Shown here: piece by piece, positions 35,379 through 44,684 of the stretch
How the letters are laid out: each line of letters begins with the position of its first letter
Position numbering within the stretch: the first letter of the stretch is position 1
Origin: Erysipelotrichaceae bacterium
GTDB lineage: Bacteria; Bacillota_I; Bacilli_A; Erysipelotrichales; Erysipelotrichaceae
Direction: 5' to 3'
Length of the DNA stretch: 64,000 nucleotides
Assembly: GCA_030525525.1 (NCBI GenBank)
Contig: JAUNEN010000001.1
Coordinates: 30,934-94,933 of the forward strand
Program-made: the position numbers and the translations under genes
The notes under the pieces: model-generated
What the model was told of the DNA's origin: nothing
The model's input: only the letters and a program-made list of their open reading frames with translations
The model's database searches: none

Positions 35379-38300
35379 TCAGTTCTTAAGAATACTTTTC
35401 AGGTTCGGTTTATTAAAGCTGTTGAAACGATAGAGGAATGTGACGGACATTGCACGTGTGCATGTATGGCCCACACCGAATCTGCCTGTGCCGTCATTGA
35501 GACCGAGTGTGATCTCGTTCTCTGCTGCCCAGCTTAATGCATCAAGATAGTATGCACCTGCCTTTGTATCAGTGAATTCCGCTGTTTTTTCAGGTGCCGG
35601 TTTCTTTGCATATCTCCAGAGGAATGTCACAATCTGTTCTCTTGTACAGTTGTCATTCGGTCCGAAGTTGCCGCTGCCGTCCGCATAGCCGGTTGTGATG
35701 TCGTTTTCTGCTGCCCATGAAATTGCTTTTGCATAGAACTTCTCAGGATCGACATCGTTGAATGTCTTGTCACCTGTTACTTCAGGTTCGCCTGCCAGTC
35801 TGTACAGGAAGGTGACCATCTGTCCTCTCGTGACATTTCCATCCGGTGTAAAGAGATCCACTCCGCCATAGCCGACGGTGATTCCTTCATCCACTGCCCA
35901 ATAGACAGGGTTGAAGAAGTATCTGTCATGATCCGCAGCATCCGTGAAGAGAACTCTGACTTCGCACTCTGCTTTGTAGCCGCCCTCTTCGGTTGTAACT
36001 GTAATCACTGCCTTGCCCGGCTTCAGTGCTGTGACCTTGCCGCTTTCATCGACTGTGACATATTCTTCATCGCTGCTTGTCCAGATGACATTCTTGTTTT
36101 CTGCATCTTCCGGCTGTACGGCTGCTGCAAGAACAGTTTCTTCATTGACAAGCATCTCTGCTTCAGTTCTGTCTAAGCTGACGCCTGTGACTGCGACTTT
36201 TGCAGGTCCGCAGACAACATCCTTACGGTCACGGATTCTGATTCTTGCGAAGTAGTCTGTATCAGGCCATGTGTCATCATAGGAAGCAAGACCAGTTGCA
36301 CTGACTGTATTGCCGACTTCACAGTTTTCAACTTCATAGGAAGTTGTGATATAGCCATCAATGAAGACTCTTGCAACATTGCCTTCTTCATCCTTAACCA
36401 TGATTGTCTGAATCAGATCATTAGCCTTTTCAACACTTTCGATGGTTCCTGTCAGTGTGACAAGTGAGCCGCGTACAGACTGATCATTGACCTGTTTAGC
36501 TGTAACTTCTGTCGGTTCAACAGTTCCTTCACCGATGACTTCGATTGAAACCACCTGAAGTTCTGCTTCACCCTGATAGAAGTCTGTGTAGCCTTCGATA
36601 TGAACCTTGTCACCGATCTTGTAATTGCCGGATACAGGGAAGCAGCAGATGCCGCCTGTTTCATCCTGCACGTAGATGCAGTCGAAGAAGGCTGTATCCT
36701 TGTCATATCCGGATGCGTTGGAAGTAACGGTGCCTTCGATTGCGAATTCATAGCCTTCCTCAGTGACTGCCTGAACATCCTTGATTGCCGTAACAGGCAG
36801 AGGTCCGTCATCTTTTCTGACTGAGAGGACAACATCCTTGGTGAGATTCAGCTCTGTGCCTTCATATTCAACAACTGCGCTGACTGTCACAGTGATTCTC
36901 TTGGCAGTGTCATATGTGAATGTGAACGGAACGGAGAGTGTTTCTTCGCCATTGATTGTCTTTGCTTCTGTATCGGTTCCGAGTACCTTTGCACCATCAA
37001 CCGTGTAGACAATTGACTTAAGTGTCGCATCAGCATATTCGTTGTTGTAGAACTCTGTTGTCAATGTGATTTCTTCATTGACGAGCGGCTGTTCAGGTGC
37101 GTAAGTCACTTCATTGATGCCGATCTGGGCAGCTTTGCCTGTCCATACCGGTGCAGTGACTGCGATATCACCATCCGCCTCTGTAACTCTGATGTAGTAG
37201 TAGGAATACTGCGGAACAAGCGCTGCATCCAGACTGCCTTCTGCGAGGACTGCCGGATCATCCCATGTATATGCGACTTTTCCGGAGTTGACAATGACTT
37301 CTGCCTTGACGATTGAATCGCTGTCATCAGGATCATACATTGTCACATTGATTGTAATCAGCTGATTCGGATCAAGATCCTCGATGATTGTGCCCATCTG
37401 CTGGCCGTTGAGTGTGTAAGTCAGCTGCAGGTTCTTGTCTTCTGTTGCATAGACGCGTCTCGCTCTGATTGCATCATAGATTCCCTGTTCGCTGAAGTCA
37501 TTTGTCAGAACAACATCTCTGGCGTCATTGGCGTTGCCCCATCTGCCTTTGTGGTTGTCCTGGTTGTTGGTCGGAGCTACATGCCATCCCTGATCAAGGG
37601 CGAGTGTGTACTGTTCATAGCTCGGATAATATCCGCCCGCACCGATCTGGCCTTCACCGTTGCCGACTTCGACGAGGAACATGTGATCATCTGTCTGCTC
37701 ATCCCAGTATGCGAAGTCCGTGAAGTTTCCGAACGTCGCACCCGGATGGTTGAACTGATGCATGGTCTCGCCGTCATCCTTGTTCATTGTTGCATAATAC
37801 AGCTTCATGCCGGCGTCATTTGTCTTGGCATTGAGCTCTGCATTGTTTCTTGAAACAAGACCGTCTGTGTTGTAGGAGTTGATATGTCCCGGACCGCCTG
37901 ACCATGTCATTTCATAGCCGGCGATTGCAATCACGTCATTCTGGCTCTCATTGAACTTCGCAACCTTACCCTTGTACTCTTCCCAAAGCGCACGGCTCGC
38001 ATCAGTCATGAGACTCTTGTCATTCATGGCATCTGCCGGGTTGGCTGCGCTTGTTGTGTCGAAGTAGTTGGAGTGATCGGTAAATGCGACAAAGTCAACA
38101 TTTGCACTTTCCGGTAATGAAGCGATGTATTCAAGAGCGGAATCCAGTGTACCGGAACCGTCTGAATATGTTGTATGTGAATGGAGCTGACCGAAGTAGA
38201 GCTGATAATCGGAATTGCCGACTGTGAATGACCAGGATTCACTGACGCTCTTGCCGTCTTCACGAACTGCCGTAATCTTGACGTTTGTTCTGCCGAGAGG

Positions 38301-41300
38301 CATATCTTCTGCCGGTGTGTAGCTGATCACATCATCTTCGAAGACTGCATCAACCTTTTCATCGTTGATTTCCATCTCGACTTCCGGATTGTCGCCTGCA
38401 TTGCAGACAAGAGCTGAAATAACAGGTCTTAAATCATCACCGGTCTGGGCATTGGGAGCAGGTGTGAGGTTCATGAAGAACGGTTCATCCAGAATCTGAA
38501 TCACCTTCTCGGCACTGTAGGTAATGCCGTAGCTGTTGGTGACTGTGACTCTGATTGTGAACGAATCAAGAATCTCATCGCCGTCGATTTCTTCTGCCGG
38601 AATCTGGAATGTGATTGTGCGGTTGTTTCCGCGCCAGTCAGTCACTTCGCCTGTTCTTTCGCCGGCAATGTATTCGATCTTGACGCTCTCGATTGATTCA
38701 GCCAGATCATCCAGTGAGAGTTCAACCGGGAAGGACTGTCTGATGTAACGGAAGTCATTGCAGTCAAACAGGATAGACGGCTTCTGAACGACATCGTCAT
38801 AGACGATTGCATCATCTGTCAGCTGATAGAAGTTGAAGAGATAGATATTGATGTCATTCTTTGTGCTGAATGTCCAGCCTGAGAAGACACTTGAATAGTA
38901 TTCGATACAAACAGGCATGCCATTATAGGTAGCTTCCTTGTTATTAATAATATATCCGCCATCTATTCCATGAGTCAGATACCACTTGGATGTTTCCTTC
39001 GGTGTGCCGTCTTCATTCGGTTCCTCCAGCAACATCTCTTCCGCATCGTTTGTAGCGAGATACTTACCGTTGTTTTCGAATGTGTAATAGCGTCCCATTG
39101 TATCGACTGTGAAGACGAGTGTTCCGTTTCCGCCGGCTGTCTTTCCGTCTTCGATTACGGAAGGAATTGCCTTCATCGAGAAATTAGCTTCATCATGAAG
39201 ACCGACAGTTGATTCAGCTGCGACGTTGTAGATCACGTATTGTTTATCTTTTTCGAGAACTTCATCCCATTCTCCATCATCATACGCAGCTACTGCATCT
39301 TCACCATTGACCAGATAGAACTGCAGAGCAAATTCATTGTCCTTAAAGTTTGAATTTGATGATTTTGTAAAATAGCCTGAGAAGAGCTCGTAATAAGTAT
39401 AGCGAGTAAAAGCTTCAAGATAAGCTGGACCGCGGTCTGAAGAAACAGTCGGTGAGCTGATATACCAGCAGTTGTCAGTCTTTGCAGGATCAATCTTCCA
39501 TGTGTTGTCCGGATATTTGCCGACATTCACGCTTAACTCTGCATAGGTGCCGCTCGGCCAGACGGTGATGGATCTTGTTTCATCGTTATAAGCATAGAAG
39601 CTGTATGTGCCGTCTTCATTCTTTTTAACTGTCCATACAAGATCTTCCGTGAACTTTTCAACAACATTGTCTTTGACAGATGTGTCAACAGCCTTGAGAT
39701 ACCAGTCGCCGTTGGGCTTGGAGCTGATCGCTGTCTTATGGCCAGGGCTGTAGATGACAACTTCTGTGCCTTCTTCAAGCTGAGACAGATCTGTTACAAG
39801 ATTTGTTTCACCTGTGCTTTCGGATACGCCGTAGAAATCAAACTTGTATGCCGCATTGTCAGCCCTTACACCATAGGTTGTGAAGCCGCTGTAATACTCG
39901 AGTGCCTGGTTGTAGTTGCCGTTATAGTTGGCACCGACATTCATGAGCACCCATGTACCGTCGGTCTGTGCTTCCAGCTTCCATTTGGCAAGATCGCTTG
40001 TGCCGTCTGCCTCAAATGAGAGTCCGTTTCCGGTTTCAGCACTTGTCAGATAGCGACCGTTGCATTCGAAGACATACTGATCTTCAGTGACGCTGACATT
40101 CATATATGCCATCGTTTCAGTCAGAGTGATCTTTCCTCCAGTGACTGCAGCCTCTTCGCCGGCCAGCCTCTTTCCGCTTTCAGTCGGTGTCAGAGCCATG
40201 GAGCTTGCCGGATGATGGATCACAACTTTTGCGCCGTCTGCCGGAGCTTCTGCAAGTTTTGCAAGAAGAGTCGGATCTGTGATGTCTTCCTTGACTGTAT
40301 ATGTGAATTCGGAAACAACACTTTCCTTGTCTTCAAGAACTGCCTTGACTTTGATTGTCACATCCTCATTGACTGTATAGGTGTTTCCTTCTGTCCATGT
40401 TTCACCATCCAGGCTGTAATAAATCACAGCGCCTTCGGTTGCACTTGTGAAGGTAACGACTGTTCCCTTTCTGACTTCGCCGCTTTCAACATCAGCAGTC
40501 GGAGCCTTGACGCCGTCAACTTTTTCACGGACTAACTTATAGAAGCCGAAGCCGAAATTTGCTTCGGAATTTCTGGATGTGTCATAGAGTGAGAATTCAG
40601 AATAATTTCCATACCATTCAAGATAAATCTTTCCGCCTTCGGATTCATATCTTGAAGGCATCGCCGGATTGGAAATATACCATGAATTGTTTTCTGCATT
40701 GCACTCGGTGAGCTGCCAGGAAGCATTGTCTTCAGCTGAGAGTGTGATGTTGTTGTTTGTTCTTGTCTCGCCTACAACCTGCTTGCCGGCAAGTGTATTT
40801 TCATTCTGAACAAATGTGAATGTGCCGTCTTCATTTGCTTTGACAGTCCACTCAACATGTTCGGCATCTGTGGCAATCAGATCACCTTCAGCAGTCAGTG
40901 CTTCACCTTCAAGATAGTAGTTTCCCTTGAGTACATCCTTGACCGCCTGGCCGTTGCCTGCATTGTAAATAACGACTTTATCGCCGTCTGCAGGTGCATT
41001 TGTCAGTTCATAGACATTCAGAGTCGGATCGATATCCTTATACGGATCTTCGGGATCCGGTGTCGGTGTCGGTCCCGGCTCTTCGCCGCTGATCTTTTCA
41101 ATTTCGGTCGCCAGTGTGTTTCTTAACTGCAGCGTTGTGTTGTTAACACCGACCGCAGCCTTTACATTCAGCTTGTCACCGACTGCGATATCCCAGACAC
41201 CGTCAGTCTTGCCGACAACTGCTTTGTAAAGCTGAATCGTATTTCCTTCTGCATCTTTGAGTTTGATATTCGGTGTTGTGTATCCGCCGTTGTTGTCATA

Positions 41301-42338
41301 GACCTCTGTAACTTCAAGATCCTTGAGACTCACATAAGTGCAGATATCAGCGGTTGTCAGTGCACTGATGGTTGTTTCTTTGGCGTTTAATGTCAGACCT
41401 TCGGATTTTTCAATCACTGCACTTCCCAGTTCAGGAAGACCTCTGTAGGTTGTTCTTGAACCGGTTCCGATGAGTGTATCACCCAAAGCAACTGTGCTGT
41501 CGGCTGCAGGCAGATACAGACAGATGGCACCTGTCTCATCCTGAACGTAGATATTTTTACCGTCAACCAGTGTTACAACGCCTTTGACACGGAATTCTGT
41601 TCCTTCCGCTCCTGCAAGTGCATCGGCGATCGTATCAAACTCAGGTGCCGGTGTCGGTTCCGGTTCTTCGCCGCCGATCTTTTCAATTTCGGTCGCCAGT
41701 GTGTTTCTTAACTGCAGTGTTGTGTTGTAAACCCCGACCGCAGCCTTCACGTTCAGCTTGTCGCCGACTGCGACATCCCAGACACCGTCAGTCTTGCCGA
41801 CAACGGCTTTGTAAAGCTGAATCGTATTTCCTTCAGCATCTTTGACAGTAATATTCGGTGTTGTGTACTGACCGTTGTTGTCATTGAGCTCTGTGATCTC
41901 AAGATCCTTGAGACTGACATAGGTGCAGATATCAGCGGTTGTTAACGCACTGATAGTTGTTTCTTTTGCACTTAATGTCAGACCTTCGGATTTTTCAATC
42001 ACTGCACTTCCCAGTTCAGGAAGACCTCTGTAGGTTGTTCTTGAACCGGTACCGATCAGTGTATCGCCCAAAGCAACTGTGCTGTCAGCTGCAGGCAGAT
42101 ACAGACAGATGGCACCTGTCTCATCCTGAACATAGATATTTTTGCCATCAACCAACGTTACGACGCCCTTGACACTGAATTCAGTTCCTTCAGCCCCTGC
42201 AAGTGCATCGGCGATCGTAACAATCTCAGGTCCCGGTTCAGCCTCCTCCGCATGAACACGGACCGGCAGAAGTGAAACCATCATGCTGAGTGCTGCCAGC
42301 ATGACGAGCAGAAATCTGCTCAAAGCATGTTTCCTCAT
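35379..42338 (-). CDS. Giant SLH-anchored multidomain PHP-family (CehA/McbA-like) metallohydrolase with OB-fold-like repeats
   Basis: Signal peptide; PHP motifs GQLHSHT.YSDG, TDHS, GYE, GHIN, FNHP, NQDNH; three IYVQDETG-containing modules; Big_2 and 3 SLH at the C-terminus. Confidence 0.85.
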   Translation of the reverse strand: MRKHALSRFLLVMLAALSMMVSLLPVRVHAEEAEPGPEIVTIADALAGAEGTEFSVKGVVTLVDGKNIYVQDETGAICLYLPAADSTVALGDTLIGTGSRTTYRGLPELGSAVIEKSEGLTLSAKETTISALTTADICTYVSLKDLEITELNDNNGQYTTPNITVKDAEGNTIQLYKAVVGKTDGVWDVAVGDKLNVKAAVGVYNTTLQLRNTLATEIEKIGGEEPEPTPAPEFDTIADALAGAEGTEFRVKGVVTLVDGKNIYVQDETGAICLYLPAADSTVALGDTLIGTGSRTTYRGLPELGSAVIEKSEGLTLNAKETTISALTTADICTYVSLKDLEVTEVYDNNGGYTTPNIKLKDAEGNTIQLYKAVVGKTDGVWDIAVGDKLNVKAAVGVNNTTLQLRNTLATEIEKISGEEPGPTPTPDPEDPYKDIDPTLNVYELTNAPADGDKVVIYNAGNGQAVKDVLKGNYYLEGEALTAEGDLIATDAEHVEWTVKANEDGTFTFVQNENTLAGKQVVGETRTNNNITLSAEDNASWQLTECNAENNSWYISNPAMPSRYESEGGKIYLEWYGNYSEFSLYDTSRNSEANFGFGFYKLVREKVDGVKAPTADVESGEVRKGTVVTFTSATEGAVIYYSLDGETWTEGNTYTVNEDVTIKVKAVLEDKESVVSEFTYTVKEDITDPTLLAKLAEAPADGAKVVIHHPASSMALTPTESGKRLAGEEAAVTGGKITLTETMAYMNVSVTEDQYVFECNGRYLTSAETGNGLSFEADGTSDLAKWKLEAQTDGTWVLMNVGANYNGNYNQALEYYSGFTTYGVRADNAAYKFDFYGVSESTGETNLVTDLSQLEEGTEVVIYSPGHKTAISSKPNGDWYLKAVDTSVKDNVVEKFTEDLVWTVKKNEDGTYSFYAYNDETRSITVWPSGTYAELSVNVGKYPDNTWKIDPAKTDNCWYISSPTVSSDRGPAYLEAFTRYTYYELFSGYFTKSSNSNFKDNEFALQFYLVNGEDAVAAYDDGEWDEVLEKDKQYVIYNVAAESTVGLHDEANFSMKAIPSVIEDGKTAGGNGTLVFTVDTMGRYYTFENNGKYLATNDAEEMLLEEPNEDGTPKETSKWYLTHGIDGGYIINNKEATYNGMPVCIEYYSSVFSGWTFSTKNDINIYLFNFYQLTDDAIVYDDVVQKPSILFDCNDFRYIRQSFPVELSLDDLAESIESVKIEYIAGERTGEVTDWRGNNRTITFQIPAEEIDGDEILDSFTIRVTVTNSYGITYSAEKVIQILDEPFFMNLTPAPNAQTGDDLRPVISALVCNAGDNPEVEMEINDEKVDAVFEDDVISYTPAEDMPLGRTNVKITAVREDGKSVSESWSFTVGNSDYQLYFGQLHSHTTYSDGSGTLDSALEYIASLPESANVDFVAFTDHSNYFDTTSAANPADAMNDKSLMTDASRALWEEYKGKVAKFNESQNDVIAIAGYEMTWSGGPGHINSYNTDGLVSRNNAELNAKTNDAGMKLYYATMNKDDGETMHQFNHPGATFGNFTDFAYWDEQTDDHMFLVEVGNGEGQIGAGGYYPSYEQYTLALDQGWHVAPTNNQDNHKGRWGNANDARDVVLTNDFSEQGIYDAIRARRVYATEDKNLQLTYTLNGQQMGTIIEDLDPNQLITINVTMYDPDDSDSIVKAEVIVNSGKVAYTWDDPAVLAEGSLDAALVPQYSYYYIRVTEADGDIAVTAPVWTGKAAQIGINEVTYAPEQPLVNEEITLTTEFYNNEYADATLKSIVYTVDGAKVLGTDTEAKTINGEETLSVPFTFTYDTAKRITVTVSAVVEYEGTELNLTKDVVLSVRKDDGPLPVTAIKDVQAVTEEGYEFAIEGTVTSNASGYDKDTAFFDCIYVQDETGGICCFPVSGNYKIGDKVHIEGYTDFYQGEAELQVVSIEVIGEGTVEPTEVTAKQVNDQSVRGSLVTLTGTIESVEKANDLIQTIMVKDEEGNVARVFIDGYITTSYEVENCEVGNTVSATGLASYDDTWPDTDYFARIRIRDRKDVVCGPAKVAVTGVSLDRTEAEMLVNEETVLAAAVQPEDAENKNVIWTSSDEEYVTVDESGKVTALKPGKAVITVTTEEGGYKAECEVRVLFTDAADHDRYFFNPVYWAVDEGITVGYGGVDLFTPDGNVTRGQMVTFLYRLAGEPEVTGDKTFNDVDPEKFYAKAISWAAENDITTGYADGSGNFGPNDNCTREQIVTFLWRYAKKPAPEKTAEFTDTKAGAYYLDALSWAAENEITLGLNDGTGRFGVGHTCTRAMSVTFLYRFNSFNKPNLKSILKN
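41050..42219. repeat. Tandem intragenic duplication, 2 x 585 bp (195 aa)
   Basis: Anchors CCTGCAAGTGCATCGGCGATCGTA at 41611 and 42196, and GATCTTTTCAATTTCGGTCGCC at 41091 and 41676, are both offset by 585; the translated units are near-identical. Confidence 0.93.
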
Positions 42339-42563
42339 AAAAACTCCTTCCTTTTTCTTTTCTTATCATCAAATTATGTGACAATAACGATTAATTGTAT
42401 TATAAATCATGCTTATGATCCTTGCCATATCACAGGGTTCTGTAAAAAATGAAAATCAATGAAAGCAATTCTGATTATTACATCAGGAATCCTTAATCTT
42501 CTGCACATATACCCAAATCACACAAAGATGATAGAATGAATCTTGTACAGGAGGTAAATATAA

Positions 42564-43493
42564 ATGCCTGACATTATCAGAACAGTTATCTGGATTGTCA
42601 TTGCACTGATCGTGCTGTCAATCATCATCTCGTGCATCAACATCGTTCCTCAGCAGAATGCCTTCGTCATCGAACGTCTTGGCCGCTACAAGGCAACATG
42701 GGATGCCGGTCTCCACTTCAAGCTGCCGTTAGTCGACAGAATCGTCCGCAAGGTTCTGCTGAAGGAACAGGTCGCTGACTTCGCTCCCCAGCCCGTTATC
42801 ACCAAGGACAATGTCACCATGCAGATTGACTCAGTTGTCTACTTCCGTGTCATGAATCCGCATGATTACGCATATGGTGTTGAAAACCCGATTATGGCCA
42901 TGGAAAACCTGACCGCAACAACACTTCGTAATATCATCGGTGATATGGAACTTGATACAACCCTGACTTCACGTGATTCCATCAACTCAAGCATGCTGCA
43001 GATCATCGACCAGGCAACCGACCCGTGGGGAATCAAGGTTACCAGAGTCGAGCTCAAGAACATCCAGCCGCCCGCTGCCATCCGCGAAGCGATGGAGAAG
43101 CAGATGAAGGCAGAACGTGAAAAGCGTGCCGCCATCCTGACCGCTGAAGGTGAAAAGCAGTCCATGATCCTGACTGCCGAAGGTAAGAAGGAATCCGCAG
43201 TCCTTGAAGCTGAAGCGAAGAAACGTGCAACCATCCTTGCCGCCGAAGCTGAAAAGGAAAAGGAAATCAAAGAGGCAGAAGGTAAAGCCGAAGCAATCCG
43301 CGCTATCCAGAACGCTCAGGCAGACGGTATCCGTGCAATCAAGGAAGCCGGTGCCGACGAATCAGTCATTCAGCTCAAGAGTCTTGAAGCCTTCCAGGCA
43401 GCTGCCAACGGACAGGCAACCAAGATCATCATTCCGAGTGACATCGCCTCTCTGGCAGGCCTGGCCAAAAGTGTCACAGAAAGCATGAAGTAA
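42564..43493 (+). CDS. SPFH/Band 7 (stomatin/QmcA-like) membrane protein
   Basis: VIERLGRY, VITKDNV, TTLRNIIG, WGIKVTRVE, AERE coiled-coil; AGGAGG SD. Confidence 0.93.
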   Translation: MPDIIRTVIWIVIALIVLSIIISCINIVPQQNAFVIERLGRYKATWDAGLHFKLPLVDRIVRKVLLKEQVADFAPQPVITKDNVTMQIDSVVYFRVMNPHDYAYGVENPIMAMENLTATTLRNIIGDMELDTTLTSRDSINSSMLQIIDQATDPWGIKVTRVELKNIQPPAAIREAMEKQMKAEREKRAAILTAEGEKQSMILTAEGKKESAVLEAEAKKRATILAAEAEKEKEIKEAEGKAEAIRAIQNAQADGIRAIKEAGADESVIQLKSLEAFQAAANGQATKIIIPSDIASLAGLAKSVTESMK

Positions 43494-43495
43494 TC

Positions 43496-43780
43496 ATGGC
43501 TTCCATGTTCTTCTTCGTATGGATCATCATCATTCTCACCTTCGCTGCCGTGATTCTCGGATCAACCAAAACAAAGAATCCCGTCAGCAGGCTGAAAAGA
43601 ACCATCGCCGATGACGGCCATGTCATCCCGTTTGAGAATGATATCACCTGTGAAACAGCCTACGGCCATAACCACGCCGCCACGGATGAAAGACGATACA
43701 TTGTCCATGAGGACCCGCCGGAAGGATATGTTGTCCTCAACGGCATCAAGCGCAGAATCGAAGACTGCAAGTATCTTTAA
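43496..43780 (+). CDS. Small single-TM hypothetical protein
   Basis: 94 aa, 2 bp after the SPFH stop; hydrophobic N-terminus; followed by a terminator. Confidence 0.7.
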   Translation: MASMFFFVWIIIILTFAAVILGSTKTKNPVSRLKRTIADDGHVIPFENDITCETAYGHNHAATDERRYIVHEDPPEGYVVLNGIKRRIEDCKYL

Positions 43781-43782
43781 GC

Positions 43783-43820
43783 AAAAACGGTGTTTCCAAA
43801 AAAGGATTCACCGTTTTTTT
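43783..43820. terminator. Bidirectional terminator between the SPFH operon and GNAT
   Basis: AAAAACGGTG...CACCGTTTTT. Confidence 0.7.
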
Positions 43821-44383
43821 CATCTGCTTTTGAGCCAGTCTTCCCGTTTCAGAATTCTGACTTCATTGTCTTCAAGAGTACCCATGCGGGTTCTGAACTG
43901 ATCATATGCATAATGGACAAAGCCGCACTTTTCCATGACCCTTTCCGACTGTCGGTTCCATAAGAAATGGCCGCAGAAGATGACATCGAGCTTCATTTCT
44001 TCAAAGAGATACCGTATGACTTCACTTACAGCCTCCGGCATCATTCCCCTGCCCCAGTAATCTTTTGAAAGCACATAGCCGATTTCACGTGCTTTCAGAT
44101 CTTTGAATTCCGGAAAATGCTCTTCATTGTACTTTTCGATGCCGAGCGAGCCGATCACTTTGCCTTCATATTCAATTGCGAATGTTTTCTTTTCTTCAAT
44201 AAACATATAGAGGATCACTTCTGATTCTTCTTTGTTCTGATGCGGCTGCCAGCCGGCCATCTGCCCGACTCCGTCAACCTTTGCATATTCATAAAAATCA
44301 TCCAGATCTTTCATTGTGAACGGTCTGAGTATCAGCCTTTCGGTTCTCAGCACAGTATTTGTGATATCAACCGGGACATTCAT
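43820..44383 (-). CDS. RimJ/RimL-type GNAT N-acetyltransferase
   Basis: TERLILRPF, EIGYVL..DYWGRG.M.EA, N.QS.RVMEKCGF. Confidence 0.88.
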   Translation of the reverse strand: MNVPVDITNTVLRTERLILRPFTMKDLDDFYEYAKVDGVGQMAGWQPHQNKEESEVILYMFIEEKKTFAIEYEGKVIGSLGIEKYNEEHFPEFKDLKAREIGYVLSKDYWGRGMMPEAVSEVIRYLFEEMKLDVIFCGHFLWNRQSERVMEKCGFVHYAYDQFRTRMGTLEDNEVRILKREDWLKSR

Positions 44384-44402
44384 GCGAAACCTCCTAATGA
44401 CT

Positions 44403-44684
44403 TCATTGTGTAACGTAGATAATATAGCCGCTTAATGCGATCCAGAGTACCAGGAACACCGGTACCAGGATCCTAAACTTCGGATGTTTTGTCTTGTGGC
44501 GGAACATCTGCATGCTCACAAATGCCCCCAGTGCCCCTCCGCAGGCAGCACTCATCAGAAGTGCTGATTCGGGAATACGCCATTTTTTCTTTTTTGCCTT
44601 GAACTTATCAAGGGCATACATGATCAGACTCATTGTGTTGATCAGAATCAGATAGATGATCAGAAGATAACGTTCCTCATTCAT
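44403..44684 (-). CDS. DUF1294 (YsdA-like) membrane protein
   Basis: YALDKFKAKKKKWRIPE, GGALGA, FRHKTKH. Confidence 0.9.
   Translation of the reverse strand: MNEERYLLIIYLILINTMSLIMYALDKFKAKKKKWRIPESALLMSAACGGALGAFVSMQMFRHKTKHPKFRILVPVFLVLWIALSGYIIYVTQ

Noticed and set aside
32496-42338. Repeats in the SLH genes as a possible CRISPR array or mobile element
   Set aside because: All repeats are in-frame protein domain repeats; no repeat-spacer periodicity, cas, transposase or terminal inverted repeats.
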